IMG/VR virus record: IMGVR_UViG_2703718834_000012 | From: a virus | Lineage: Duplodnaviria > Heunggongvirae > Uroviricota > Caudoviricetes | Reading direction: 5' to 3' (one strand) | Length of the DNA stretch: 42,682 bases | In this document: positions 26,062 to 34,190 of the stretch, piece by piece | How positions within the stretch are numbered: the stretch's first letter is position 1 | Layout: every line of letters starts with the position of its first letter | The notes under the pieces: generated by a model | The model's input: only the letters and a program-made list of their open reading frames with translations | Told to the model about the DNA's origin: nothing | The model's database searches: none | Translations under genes and position numbers: made by a program

Positions 26062-26816
26062 CAGTAAATCCCTCTTTTTTCATCGCTTTGGAACCAGGAT
26101 GTAAAAGGGCTGTTCCGATAACTATCATCTGAGAGCAAAACCAACAGTTCCATGTTCATTTCAGCTAAAACCTGCGGATCAGCAGTTTGGGCTCTAACGA
26201 TGAATGCATTGTCATCATCTCCACCAAGATAATAGCTAACACTTGAACAGTTAATACCGCGCTTGTTCGCAATCTCTTCAGCTTGATCGCAAAGGGCTTC
26301 TAGTTCTCGAGAAGAAAGACGGGTAGCGTTTTTGAAATCAACAATCTGTTCAGCCATATAATTTCCCTGATTGATTATATCCTCTCGCTCTTGGCCATCA
26401 TAAAGAGCAGCCATTTTGAGGGAGAACTTTTTAACCAACTTGTCGTTGCCGATACAAAATGCAGCGTTTCTTGCTACAAGCCTCAGTTCATGTGAAGGGA
26501 AAAGCTCAACTATTCTAAACAACTCAACGCGATGCTCATAGTTATGAGCCGAACGAGAAAGATACGCCAAGTAGTTTTGTGCGATCGTTGGACTCCCAGA
26601 GCTCATCGCGTCTTTGAATAAACGTACTGCATCAGAGTGACGCCCGAGAGTTCCATTAAGCCATGCATACGCATGTGCGCGCTCACTTATTGGAAGTTTA
26701 GCAATGTCGTGCTCAATTTCCGCAATAGTGTCTGTATCCGGGACTTCTCCCTTCTGGAAGTAATCGAGGATTGTTGCAAGCAGTTCTTGTTCTTTTGACT
26801 CAGGCTGTCCTGACAT
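26061..26816 (-). CDS. Hypothetical protein, accessory cassette gene 1
   Basis: 251 aa; AT-rich codon usage unlike neighbouring phage genes; no signal peptide or known motif. Confidence 0.55.
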   Translation of the reverse strand: MSGQPESKEQELLATILDYFQKGEVPDTDTIAEIEHDIAKLPISERAHAYAWLNGTLGRHSDAVRLFKDAMSSGSPTIAQNYLAYLSRSAHNYEHRVELFRIVELFPSHELRLVARNAAFCIGNDKLVKKFSLKMAALYDGQEREDIINQGNYMAEQIVDFKNATRLSSRELEALCDQAEEIANKRGINCSSVSYYLGGDDDNAFIVRAQTADPQVLAEMNMELLVLLSDDSYRNSPFTSWFQSDEKRGIY

Positions 26817-27162
26817 AATTTTCCCGAAGAAAACTAAATTCTGTATGTTTTCAATAGCTTCACTGGATAGGTTTTTATATTGCTGTCATCAGTATTGAAG
26901 CTTTTACGGGATTGTACAGGACCATCAGCGTTCTACTTGTGCATAAGAATTTAATAAACCTACAGACTTATCCACAGAAAAAAGAGTTATCAACAAAAAA
27001 AGTTATTCACAACTTAACTAATAGCAAAATATTGTTGATAAGCTGTGCGTAATTATCATATCCATCAAACTTACGCACATTAGAGCCTTGTGTTGCCTAT
27101 CCATCGTTTTTTCCTATCAAAACGAAACGACATGCTTTTCTGCGATTAAAAAAGTATTCCGC

Positions 27163-27193
27163 AAAATTAAAAAACCCGCTCACTGGCGGGTTT
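27163..27193 (-). terminator. Strong rho-independent terminator downstream of Q-like gene (tR'-like)
   Basis: 8-bp stem 27172-27179/27186-27193 followed by TTTTTTAATTTT on the minus strand. Confidence 0.6.
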
Positions 27194-27226
27194 ATATACT
27201 GTTGGCACAATATCAAATTTACACGA

Positions 27227-27255
27227 AATATATGCTAATTAGTTCATTTTTGCAA
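27227..27255 (-). promoter_or_regulatory. Candidate late promoter (pR'-like)
   Basis: Minus strand TTGCAA-N17-TATATT straddling the Q stop codon, about 40-50 nt upstream of the terminator. Confidence 0.3.
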
Positions 27256-27928
27256 TACCTTGCTGATAGTTTGCTGCCTTTTGTTGTGAACGTGATCGCG
27301 AAACATGAAGTAGCGCCTTGGAGTCGAGTCCCTTATACAGGCTGATAATTACATTGTAATGTTCCACGTAATTTTGAGACCAGTTTGTTTTGTTAACTCC
27401 CACCAGCGCAGCCAGATCACCATATTGATAGACATCACGCCCAGCCAATTCAGCCTTCACATCCTGTGCCGCCAGCCAGATAAGCTGTCGCAACCGTTCG
27501 ACGGTCTTCTTCGCCACCTTCCTCCCGGCCAGATGCTCGCAAAATTTCGACCACGCCCACTGAGTAATCAGCACCTGATTATCCCAACTCACATTCTCGC
27601 TATAGTTCCATAGCAACCAGGCCTTCTGGTGTTCTTCGAGCGTCATCAGTGCGCGGCGCCACGATGCCGTTGAATACTCAACCGGTTGCACCAAGGGAAT
27701 ATGCGAACCCTTGGTATGCGACTGTTTGCCGGGAATCGGTGGGTTATCAAGCGTAATCATTTTCCCGGTCACTTCATCCAATATTCGAGGCTTCTTACGT
27801 TTAAACGTTCCCGTATCAAACTGCGCGTTCTCAAGCCACGCCATCAACTGCCCTTTCGTCGCACCACTTAAATCGGCGGTAGCCACCATCAGCTGCTGGC
27901 GCACGTATTCGAGGAATTGAGTGTTCAT
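27239..27928 (-). CDS. Putative late-gene antiterminator (Q-like)
   Basis: 229 aa; sits between RusA and the late operon; recalled resemblance to Q-family antiterminators. Confidence 0.5.
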   Translation of the reverse strand: MNTQFLEYVRQQLMVATADLSGATKGQLMAWLENAQFDTGTFKRKKPRILDEVTGKMITLDNPPIPGKQSHTKGSHIPLVQPVEYSTASWRRALMTLEEHQKAWLLWNYSENVSWDNQVLITQWAWSKFCEHLAGRKVAKKTVERLRQLIWLAAQDVKAELAGRDVYQYGDLAALVGVNKTNWSQNYVEHYNVIISLYKGLDSKALLHVSRSRSQQKAANYQQGIAKMN

Positions 27929-28058
27929 ACAGCACCGCCTATGGTTTTGATGTAATTTTTCAGTATCCGGTAGTCCGTTAGCACAGAGCCGGGAAAGTGG
28001 TATAAGCGAAGCCGCTGCCAGCGAACGCGGAGGTGATCGGAAAAACAGGATTCAAATG

Positions 28059-28421
28059 TCATACGGCCTCCAGCCCGGTGATTGTCAGTTCCAGCTTTCC
28101 ACCTTTGGTAACGGGCATCTTCACAACGCGATAATCAACGACCTGAGCATCGTCCAGCCAGAAACCTGCTTTGGTGAGTGCGTCAAAAGCGGCCTTTTGC
28201 AGATTATCCAGGTCACGGCGACGGCGATCCGGCATGTGGCACTCAATGCGGATTTTCACAGGCATAGTCAGACCGATATCCAGCATTGCGTTTTTAATGA
28301 TTCGGGCGACGTTATCGCGGTATGCCTGCCCTTCTGCGCTGATGTGCGTGCGCCCGCGATTATGGCGGTAGTAGCTGTTATTGCTCGGCGGCCAGGGCAA
28401 TGTGATGTTGTAAGTATTCAC
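28059..28421 (-). CDS. rusA: Holliday junction resolvase RusA
   Basis: GTG start at 28419-28421; [26 protein letters not shown]... nearly identical in pattern to E. coli RusA. Confidence 0.9.
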   Translation of the reverse strand: MNTYNITLPWPPSNNSYYRHNRGRTHISAEGQAYRDNVARIIKNAMLDIGLTMPVKIRIECHMPDRRRRDLDNLQKAAFDALTKAGFWLDDAQVVDYRVVKMPVTKGGKLELTITGLEAV

Positions 28422-28708
28422 GCCTTGATTACCCCCTCTTTCAGCCAGATAACCTGCGTTCTCGCCATACCTTCCAGCGCGCATTCTTTAGCATACTCAG
28501 CATCGACAAAATGTGTACGGCGGTCGATCTCGTCGTGACAGGCAGAGCATGCAATGGTGGCAATCAGATCAGGCGGTTTGATTCCGGTGCCACATAACCC
28601 GGCCAGGCGAATGTGCGCCAGTACAGACGTTTCCGGGTTACCGTTGCAGACGCCGGGAATTCGAACCTGACAATCACGACCACGAGCCTCTTTGCGTAAA
28701 TTTGCCAT
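28418..28708 (-). CDS. ybcO: YbcO-like nin-region protein (DUF1364, putative nuclease)
   Basis: Start [26 protein letters not shown]...; Cys-rich; GTGA overlap with rusA. Confidence 0.7.
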   Translation of the reverse strand: MANLRKEARGRDCQVRIPGVCNGNPETSVLAHIRLAGLCGTGIKPPDLIATIACSACHDEIDRRTHFVDAEYAKECALEGMARTQVIWLKEGVIKA

Positions 28709-28710
28709 GC

Positions 28711-28920
28711 TCACCCCCACGCCTTGCTTTGCCATACCCGGCTCGGGCGAGGCGCGTTGTCGCCTTCCGGCAATTGCGCGCTGACGGTCCAGGTGATGTT
28801 GTCGCGATTCAGGCTGCGCTCTGTCTTTACACCGCGCGCCCGGTATTTCTCCACCAGCTCGTCGGCCTGTTCGGTGGTGCATTCGTGATGGTGGAACCAG
28901 GAAAATTTCATCGCCATCAC
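28711..28920 (-). CDS. Small nin-region protein (NinE-like by position)
   Basis: 69 aa ORF between YbcN-like and YbcO-like genes. Confidence 0.4.
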   Translation of the reverse strand: MMAMKFSWFHHHECTTEQADELVEKYRARGVKTERSLNRDNITWTVSAQLPEGDNAPRPSRVWQSKAWG

Positions 28921-29516
28921 CCCGCAAAGCTCATCAGCTGGGCGGCGGCGTTTTCTGCCTCTTCACAACTGCGAAATGATCGGGAGAGTATCCATCGCCA
29001 CAGAACATCGAGCGCGGCTTTGTACAGCTGCTGGAACTCGGTTTCGTCCATGTTAGCGAAGGCAATACTGCGGGGATGTTTGCGAAGTGTTCCGTCAGGA
29101 AGCTGAATAGCGTCATAGTGACCAGACTCGACGATCACCCAGGCGCGATAAGCATCATAGGATTTGCAGATGCTGATGCTACCGGCGCGCTTATCGGCGA
29201 TGCGGTCCAGATATTGCTCGGCAGCATCCAGCAGTGCGCCTTCGTTTCCACCAAATGCCGCGAGGAATTTAGCATAACCATTTACGAGCTTACGCTCATT
29301 GCTGGATATCGCCCCTCCAGTAGGTTCCCAGTATTCAAACCCGAGATTCAGGAGCGCAAAAAAACGGCGATGGAATGCGGGATTCCTCACCTGGCGAAAT
29401 TCGGCTACCAGCACGGCGCCGAGTTTGATTTTTGATTGCAGAATATCGCTGGTCTCCGGCGTCGCGGGGATCAGGATTCCTGATGACTGCTTGATGAGTT
29501 GTAGTTCGTGCGCCAT
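28917..29516 (-). CDS. Nin-region protein (YbcN/DUF1367-like by position)
   Basis: 199 aa; first gene of the nin-like block. Confidence 0.45.
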   Translation of the reverse strand: MAHELQLIKQSSGILIPATPETSDILQSKIKLGAVLVAEFRQVRNPAFHRRFFALLNLGFEYWEPTGGAISSNERKLVNGYAKFLAAFGGNEGALLDAAEQYLDRIADKRAGSISICKSYDAYRAWVIVESGHYDAIQLPDGTLRKHPRSIAFANMDETEFQQLYKAALDVLWRWILSRSFRSCEEAENAAAQLMSFAG

Positions 29517-29550
29517 GGTTTCTCTCCGTGGCGCAGTAGGTTACGGTTGT

Positions 29551-29799
29551 TCAGACCGTTGATTTCATATTATCAGAAGGTTGGGTTACCCGGTAGCCGA
29601 GACGGTTAATAAACTGCATAAAACCATTAGGAGTAAAGACCTCTTCATCATCCAGCAAAGGCCGCATAGAAACCATGCCATTGACGCGATAAATTAGATG
29701 CCTGCCCGATGAAGGAAAGCTAAACACCACGCAGCCGTCAGACCTTCTTACAATGTCATACCAGTTGTCTTCTGACGTTTGCAAAGCTGAATCACTCAC
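29551..29799 (-). CDS. Hypothetical protein downstream of dinI homologue
   Basis: 82 aa, GTG start with AAGGGAGA RBS. Confidence 0.5.
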   Translation of the reverse strand: MSDSALQTSEDNWYDIVRRSDGCVVFSFPSSGRHLIYRVNGMVSMRPLLDDEEVFTPNGFMQFINRLGYRVTQPSDNMKSTV

Positions 29800-29916
29800 A
29801 TTTATGTTCTCCCTTCGAGCGACTAACAGACGCGATTAAAGATTGTCGGCAGCAGCATCAGAGGGTTACGCAAATTGCGGTATTCTGAAAAATGCGCGCC
29901 AGCCTTAAGCGCAATT

Positions 29917-30150
29917 CTAATAAAACCAGTCGTCAGCGCTTTCCCAGGTATCCTGGAGGATTGATTCAATTTTCTTTTTATCGTCCTTGTCACCACCAAA
30001 AACACTTAACCCATCGGCCCCGGCACGGCGGATTGTGAGCCTGCAATTGTCATAGTGATCATTCAGGCGCTTAAGCAGTTCTTTCTCCAGTGCTGGTACT
30101 GCGCCTTTAGGAAGTTCTTTCATGCGATCAATGGTTAATTCAACTTTCAT
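29917..30150 (-). CDS. dinI: DinI-family protein
   Basis: Start MKVELTIDRMKELPKGAV...; C-terminus ESILQDTWESADDWFY matches E. coli DinI. Confidence 0.85.
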   Translation of the reverse strand: MKVELTIDRMKELPKGAVPALEKELLKRLNDHYDNCRLTIRRAGADGLSVFGGDKDDKKKIESILQDTWESADDWFY

Positions 30151-30168
30151 AATGGCCCCCATTGCATT

Positions 30169-30188
30169 TACTGTGTTTTTATACAGTA
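30169..30188. promoter_or_regulatory. LexA (SOS) box
   Basis: TACTGTGTTTTTATACAGTA, a perfect CTGT-N8-ACAG palindrome, 19 nt upstream of the dinI-like start. Confidence 0.85.
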
Positions 30189-30258
30189 TACCTATGCGCG
30201 GAAATGATCAACGCTTTAAGAGCACAAATTGTTAATTTTCTGTCAGTAGTAAAAAAAG

Positions 30259-30278
30259 AAAACCCGCCGTAGCGGGTT
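30259..30278 (-). terminator. Terminator-like hairpin
   Basis: 7-bp stem AACCCGC/GCGGGTT followed by a T-rich run on the minus strand. Confidence 0.5.
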
Positions 30279-30296
30279 GAATTAGCGATGTTTTAT

Positions 30297-30420
30297 TACG
30301 CCGCTATTTGTTTCTGCTGACAAAGCTCCTGTAGGTTAGCCCTAACCAGCGCCTCAGCGAGCTGATGATTGGACAGCATTAACGCAATGGGTAATAGAAA
30401 CCACAGAATGCACGAAATGG
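30297..30420 (-). pseudogene. Relic of C5-cytosine methyltransferase 3' end (copy A, frameshifted)
   Basis: Encodes ...HCVNAV then, after a 1-nt shift, LAEALVRANLQELCQQKQIAA; about 89 percent identical over about 53 nt to copy B at 30899-30951. Confidence 0.5.
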
Positions 30421-30547
30421 CGGTGGTATTCGCCATCTGTGACAGGTTGAATATTGCTCGAATTGTATTGTTTGCACTTTAACGTTTCTGTTGTAGTGCC
30501 GGATGCATGCCACCGTATGTTCAGGACGATGGCATGCATATTATGGA

Positions 30548-30784
30548 TTACGATTTATCCATTCCCAGGGGATTAGGGTGAATTCCACTTACATGCCAGA
30601 ACGCATGCTCTCTATTCAACTGATTTCCCTTTGGTATCAGGAAGCCATACGTCCCAGATTTAAAAGTGGCATGAGCGCAGATTAGACTTTCTCCTTCAAA
30701 GCTATACTCAGTCCCTTCAGGGATTAGAGAGTCAGTCTTGATCAGGTGAACAGTTCCGTTGATAGGGATCATGTAATGGTGCAT
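30548..30784 (-). CDS. Hypothetical 78-aa protein between the two methyltransferase relics
   Basis: AGGAG RBS 6 nt upstream of ATG; imperfect hairpin overlaps the RBS. Confidence 0.5.
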   Translation of the reverse strand: MHHYMIPINGTVHLIKTDSLIPEGTEYSFEGESLICAHATFKSGTYGFLIPKGNQLNREHAFWHVSGIHPNPLGMDKS

Positions 30785-30923
30785 TTTAGGCTCCTCGTGT
30801 TGTGAAGAGCCTAATTATATCAGGTTTGAATCTACGTCATTGAAGTAGCAGGATTTGTTACACCATGTTCTGAAACTCGGACATTAAGCTGCGATCTCTT
30901 TCTGCTGACAAAGCTCCGGTAAA

Positions 30924-31124
30924 TTAGCCCTCACCAGTGCCTCGGCGAATGGCGGCGGAACTGCGTTGCCACAACGCGCAACCTGCTTGTCCTTCGCGTA
31001 CTTCTGCCCCCGATAGTCCTGATCGATGATGTACCACTCCGGGAAGCCCTGCCAGTTTGGCGTTGTTCAACCCTGGGTTGTTGCGCAGGGCTGCCAGCAC
31101 CTGCTCACGGATTGTTATGTTCAT
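30924..31124 (-). pseudogene. Relic of C5-cytosine methyltransferase C-terminus (copy B, truncated and frameshifted)
   Basis: Frame 2 encodes NWQGFPEWYIIDQDYRGQKYAKDKQVARCGNAVPPPFAEALVRANLPELCQQKEIAA, i.e. C5-MTase motifs IX-X (QGFP, GNAV); the catalytic N-terminus is absent. Confidence 0.6.
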
Positions 31125-31125
31125 G

Positions 31126-31815
31126 TCACACCATCCCGTTCGACTTGTTGCGGTTGTACTTGGCCAGCAGCAGCTGGATCGGCGTCGGCCCTTGCTCGGC
31201 AGCTGGTGCGGCAATAGCCCGGCGTACCGGCGGCACTGGCTTACCCTCGGTGACGCGCCTTTCCCACATGTCCAGCAGATCGCCTGCCTCGCGTGCCAGT
31301 TCACCATGCGTTAACTGGCGCTCGGTGCTGCGGTGGCGCAATTCTACGCAAATGTGGTACATGACCGGCTGCGACCATGGAAATTGCTCGCTGGAGATGA
31401 ATTCGAACGAGCGGTTACGCCAGTCCCAGTATTCGGCGATCACCTGGTCAACGTTGACGCCCAGCGCGCCGCCGCTCTGCTTGCACCAGGCGACGAACTG
31501 GCCCGGCGACGGCAGGAATGGGCGCTCCTGGCGGCGGGCAATGCGCATGCCGGCATCGACCTGAGCCATGGTGTGGATCCCGTTCTCCTGAAACGCCAGC
31601 AGCCACTGACGGCGGAATTCGTTCAGGTCTTCCTGGGTGCGGAAGTTCGCCATGCTGGCCGGGAACGCGGCGCGCAGCTCGTTGAACAGCTTGTTGAATA
31701 CCTGCGCCACCTGCTCGACCGGCGCGCACTCCTGGTACTGCTCTGGCAGGTTATGGGCCATGCGGCTCATCTGCTCGCGGTCGTGGTTACGCATCTGCTC
31801 TGCAAGAGATTTCAT
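31126..31815 (-). CDS. P: Replication protein P (helicase loader, lambda P-like)
   Basis: MKSLAEQMRNHDREQMSRMAHNLPEQY... parallels lambda P N-terminus, with RPFLPSPGQFVAWC conserved. Confidence 0.9.
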   Translation of the reverse strand: MKSLAEQMRNHDREQMSRMAHNLPEQYQECAPVEQVAQVFNKLFNELRAAFPASMANFRTQEDLNEFRRQWLLAFQENGIHTMAQVDAGMRIARRQERPFLPSPGQFVAWCKQSGGALGVNVDQVIAEYWDWRNRSFEFISSEQFPWSQPVMYHICVELRHRSTERQLTHGELAREAGDLLDMWERRVTEGKPVPPVRRAIAAPAAEQGPTPIQLLLAKYNRNKSNGMV

Positions 31816-32720
31816 CGGATCACCCCATAGGCCCAGTCAGTGTTGTTGAAGTCCAGATCTGGCTTGACAGCGCGCTGCTCACCTCCGGCGTTACGCTGCA
31901 TTGTCAGCTTGTCCCACTGCTTACGCAGGCTTTCGGGACTCAGGATGTTGGTCTGCCAGAAGTGGTGTTTGCTAGCCCAGTCATACAGCGCGCAGATGTC
32001 CTGGTGCGACCGGTTGTCTATCTGGCGCATCAGGCGAACAGTGTTAGACCAGGAGGTCATGTCCGGGGCTTTGCAGGTTGGGTTAATCAGCTTCACCCTG
32101 GAGGAAATCCACTTAGCTGTCTCGAGGTCTTCAGCAGAGCCCCACTTCGCACCGGATGGTGTGTAGACCGCAGCTTCAGGATGAGTTGATAAAAATTTCT
32201 TCAGACGTGCGTCAGAGGATTCGTCAGAATTCTCGGACGAAGATCTTTTAATACTGTTCTTGTTCTTGTATTGGGTGTCTACCGTTTTCGGGAAGGTTAT
32301 TCCTGATTTCGGGAAGGATTTTCCCGTTTTCGGGAATTTTCTTCCCGTTTCCGGTTTGTCTAAAATCCATGCTGAAAGGTCAGTGTTTACACCGACGATT
32401 TTCATCATGCCCTGCTTCTGTGAAAAGATGATTTTGCGTTCTGCGAGAGACTTAAGCGCGTCCGATACATGCGTATCGCTCAGGCCCGTAAGCTCGGCAA
32501 TAACCGTATTTGTCACGCGGTCCTGTTTCTTGTTCCAGCCGTAGGTAAGCCAGATCACCGCCTCAAAACATTGCCATTCCCGGCCTGACAGTCTCAGGCG
32601 AGGCTTAAGCTGTTGGATCTCGTTAGCGACCTTGGTATACCCGTTCGACAGGTCGGCCATACGACCTCCCGGTTGTTCGGTTTTATTTGGGAAATTGATT
32701 ATTTCAGCGGTGTTTGACAT
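31812..32720 (-). CDS. O: Replication initiator protein O (lambda O-like)
   Basis: Start MSNTAEIINFP (lambda O: MTNTAKILNF) with GGAGAA RBS; ori iterons inside the coding sequence. Confidence 0.9.
   Translation of the reverse strand: MSNTAEIINFPNKTEQPGGRMADLSNGYTKVANEIQQLKPRLRLSGREWQCFEAVIWLTYGWNKKQDRVTNTVIAELTGLSDTHVSDALKSLAERKIIFSQKQGMMKIVGVNTDLSAWILDKPETGRKFPKTGKSFPKSGITFPKTVDTQYKNKNSIKRSSSENSDESSDARLKKFLSTHPEAAVYTPSGAKWGSAEDLETAKWISSRVKLINPTCKAPDMTSWSNTVRLMRQIDNRSHQDICALYDWASKHHFWQTNILSPESLRKQWDKLTMQRNAGGEQRAVKPDLDFNNTDWAYGVIR
32281..32354. repeat. Origin of replication iterons (ori-lambda-like) within O
   Basis: Four about 18-bp repeats containing TTTCGGGAAGG/TTCCCGTTTTCGGGAA, with an AT-rich tract at 32240-32280 on the downstream side. 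Confidence 0.7.
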
Positions 32721-32804
32721 ACTGTTCTCCGCAATTACGCACTGTTTTTGCACCTGAAAGCCGTTGGTGTTCGAGCACCGCGGCTTTCGCCATTTTTGAA
32801 CCGG

Positions 32805-33344
32805 TCATATAGCCCCCAGCATAATCTGCACCATTTCCATCAACGGACCGGTTAACCCAGGGTCAACGCGATACATCTCCACGATCCCCTCGCTCAACTC
32901 TTTCAGCTTCTGATGACGTGGCGCATCCATTGCGACAGCAATCTTCGCTTCGCTGGTTTCCTTCTCCAGCCTTGCCAGACGAGCCATTACGTTGTCTTCT
33001 GGTAGCAGACGATTGCGGTATTCAATCGGCAGGACAGCGAGGATTGCCGGAGTCAGCTGGCGAACGTTTTCGCGGTACCGTTCGCTGTTGAAATGGTTAT
33101 CCAGAAAGCGGAAAAGCTTCTGACGCTGTCGGCTGAGGTCATCAGGGAAAGTGATCTCGTCTCCCCCTTGAGCCTGGTACTCTTCGATGATCAGAGCAGA
33201 AACGACATCCTGACCATCTACACCCGCCCACGCACGAACGGCATCGCGGATCTGGTCATGTTTATCTACCGAGACAGGTTGATTGCGATTTATCATCGCA
33301 GCCGTTTGATATCCGCTATTTTGATGAAGTGATAGTGACTGCAT
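32805..33344 (-). CDS. Regulatory protein in cII position (CII/YdaT-like, uncertain)
   Basis: 179 aa directly downstream of cro-like gene; assignment by position. Confidence 0.4.
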   Translation of the reverse strand: MQSLSLHQNSGYQTAAMINRNQPVSVDKHDQIRDAVRAWAGVDGQDVVSALIIEEYQAQGGDEITFPDDLSRQRQKLFRFLDNHFNSERYRENVRQLTPAILAVLPIEYRNRLLPEDNVMARLARLEKETSEAKIAVAMDAPRHQKLKELSEGIVEMYRVDPGLTGPLMEMVQIMLGAI

Positions 33345-33346
33345 GG

Positions 33347-33580
33347 TTATGCCCTCGCTTCCTGAGCCGGTAATCCATCCGTAGGGTTGAGGTACAAATC
33401 AGGGCGTAACTCATGTGGAGTTACACCTGTAGCATTGAAAATAGGAATGACACGGTTAGCCGGTACGAATCCATTGTCACGGTGACGCCAGTGACTGACC
33501 GTCATTGGGGATACATTGAGCTTTTCTGCTAAACGGGTTGCACCCCCTACGATGCATATTGCTTTATCAAGTGCTTTCAT
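33347..33580 (-). CDS. Cro-like HTH regulator
   Basis: Start MKALDKAICIVGGATRLAEKLNVSPMTVSHWRHR at ATG 33578-33580 with GGAG RBS; divergent from repressor. Confidence 0.7.
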   Translation of the reverse strand: MKALDKAICIVGGATRLAEKLNVSPMTVSHWRHRDNGFVPANRVIPIFNATGVTPHELRPDLYLNPTDGLPAQEARA

Positions 33581-33607
33581 ATTTGGCTCCAAGTAATAAC
33601 GAACCAA

Positions 33608-33653
33608 ATTAAACATTATGTTTATGTTCAAGTCAACATTATGAATGTTGAGG
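33608..33653. promoter_or_regulatory. Immunity-region operators with divergent pR/pRM-like promoters
   Basis: Palindromes TAAACATTATGTTTA (33610-33624) and AACATTATGAATGTT (33635-33649); minus-strand TTGACT-N17-TTTAAT and plus-strand TTGAGG-N16-TAGAAT overlap them. Confidence 0.55.
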
Positions 33654-33683
33654 CGATAAACTTTTAGTTTAGAATCTTGATAT

Positions 33684-34079
33684 ATGAGAAAAAACACACA
33701 CCAAACAGATAACCCGCAGGTTCGGCGGTTAAATGAAATCATCGAGAAGAAGCGCATATCCAAAGCGGATATAGCGAGAATCTGTGGTGTGAGCGCACAA
33801 TCAGTCAACAACTGGTTTGTCAGAGGAGCGATAGGAAAAAGCTCAGCAATAAAACTTGCCGATGCGCTAGGCGTAAGTCTTGAGTGGGTTCTAGGTCAGG
33901 ACGTGGATGCTAAGGACGGTTTGAGACACGACGAACGGAGACTGTTGGAACTCTATAATCAACTCCCAAACGAAGAAGAACAACAGAACATGTTGCGGAT
34001 CGTATCTCTACGGTTGAAAGAACTCGATGAACTGTACGCCAAGTACATGGGACGGCGGATTAAGGGGGATGGTGAGTAG
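33684..34079 (+). CDS. CI-like prophage repressor (short, HTH only)
   Basis: 131 aa; XRE-type HTH (ISKADIARICGVSAQSVNNWF); no LexA-like S24 autocleavage domain; apparently leaderless start. Confidence 0.8.
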   Translation: MRKNTHQTDNPQVRRLNEIIEKKRISKADIARICGVSAQSVNNWFVRGAIGKSSAIKLADALGVSLEWVLGQDVDAKDGLRHDERRLLELYNQLPNEEEQQNMLRIVSLRLKELDELYAKYMGRRIKGDGE

Positions 34080-34151
34080 CACGGTAGTTAAAAGCTACTT
34101 ACCCCTCAGATGTTTCTGTACCAATGGGATACATCTTAACGATATGCAAAA

Positions 34152-34180
34152 TTCACTTACCAGTTAATTATCATTATATT
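34152..34180 (+). promoter_or_regulatory. Candidate sigma70 promoter for immunity-region cassette
   Basis: TTCACT-N17-TATATT about 10 nt upstream of the cassette start. Confidence 0.35.
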
Positions 34181-34190
34181 GAGAGCTGAG

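Noticed and set aside
26817-27162. tRNA or toxin genes in the AT-rich Q-to-cassette spacer, as in Stx phages
   Set aside because: No cloverleaf-like GC-rich structured segment and no ORF with a signal peptide; the region looks like promoter/UTR DNA.
30924-31307. 127-aa track ORF (MVNWHARQ...)
   Set aside because: Composite of antisense P sequence and the methyltransferase relic in the wrong frame.
31333-31830. 165-aa + strand ORF
   Set aside because: Antisense to replication gene P.
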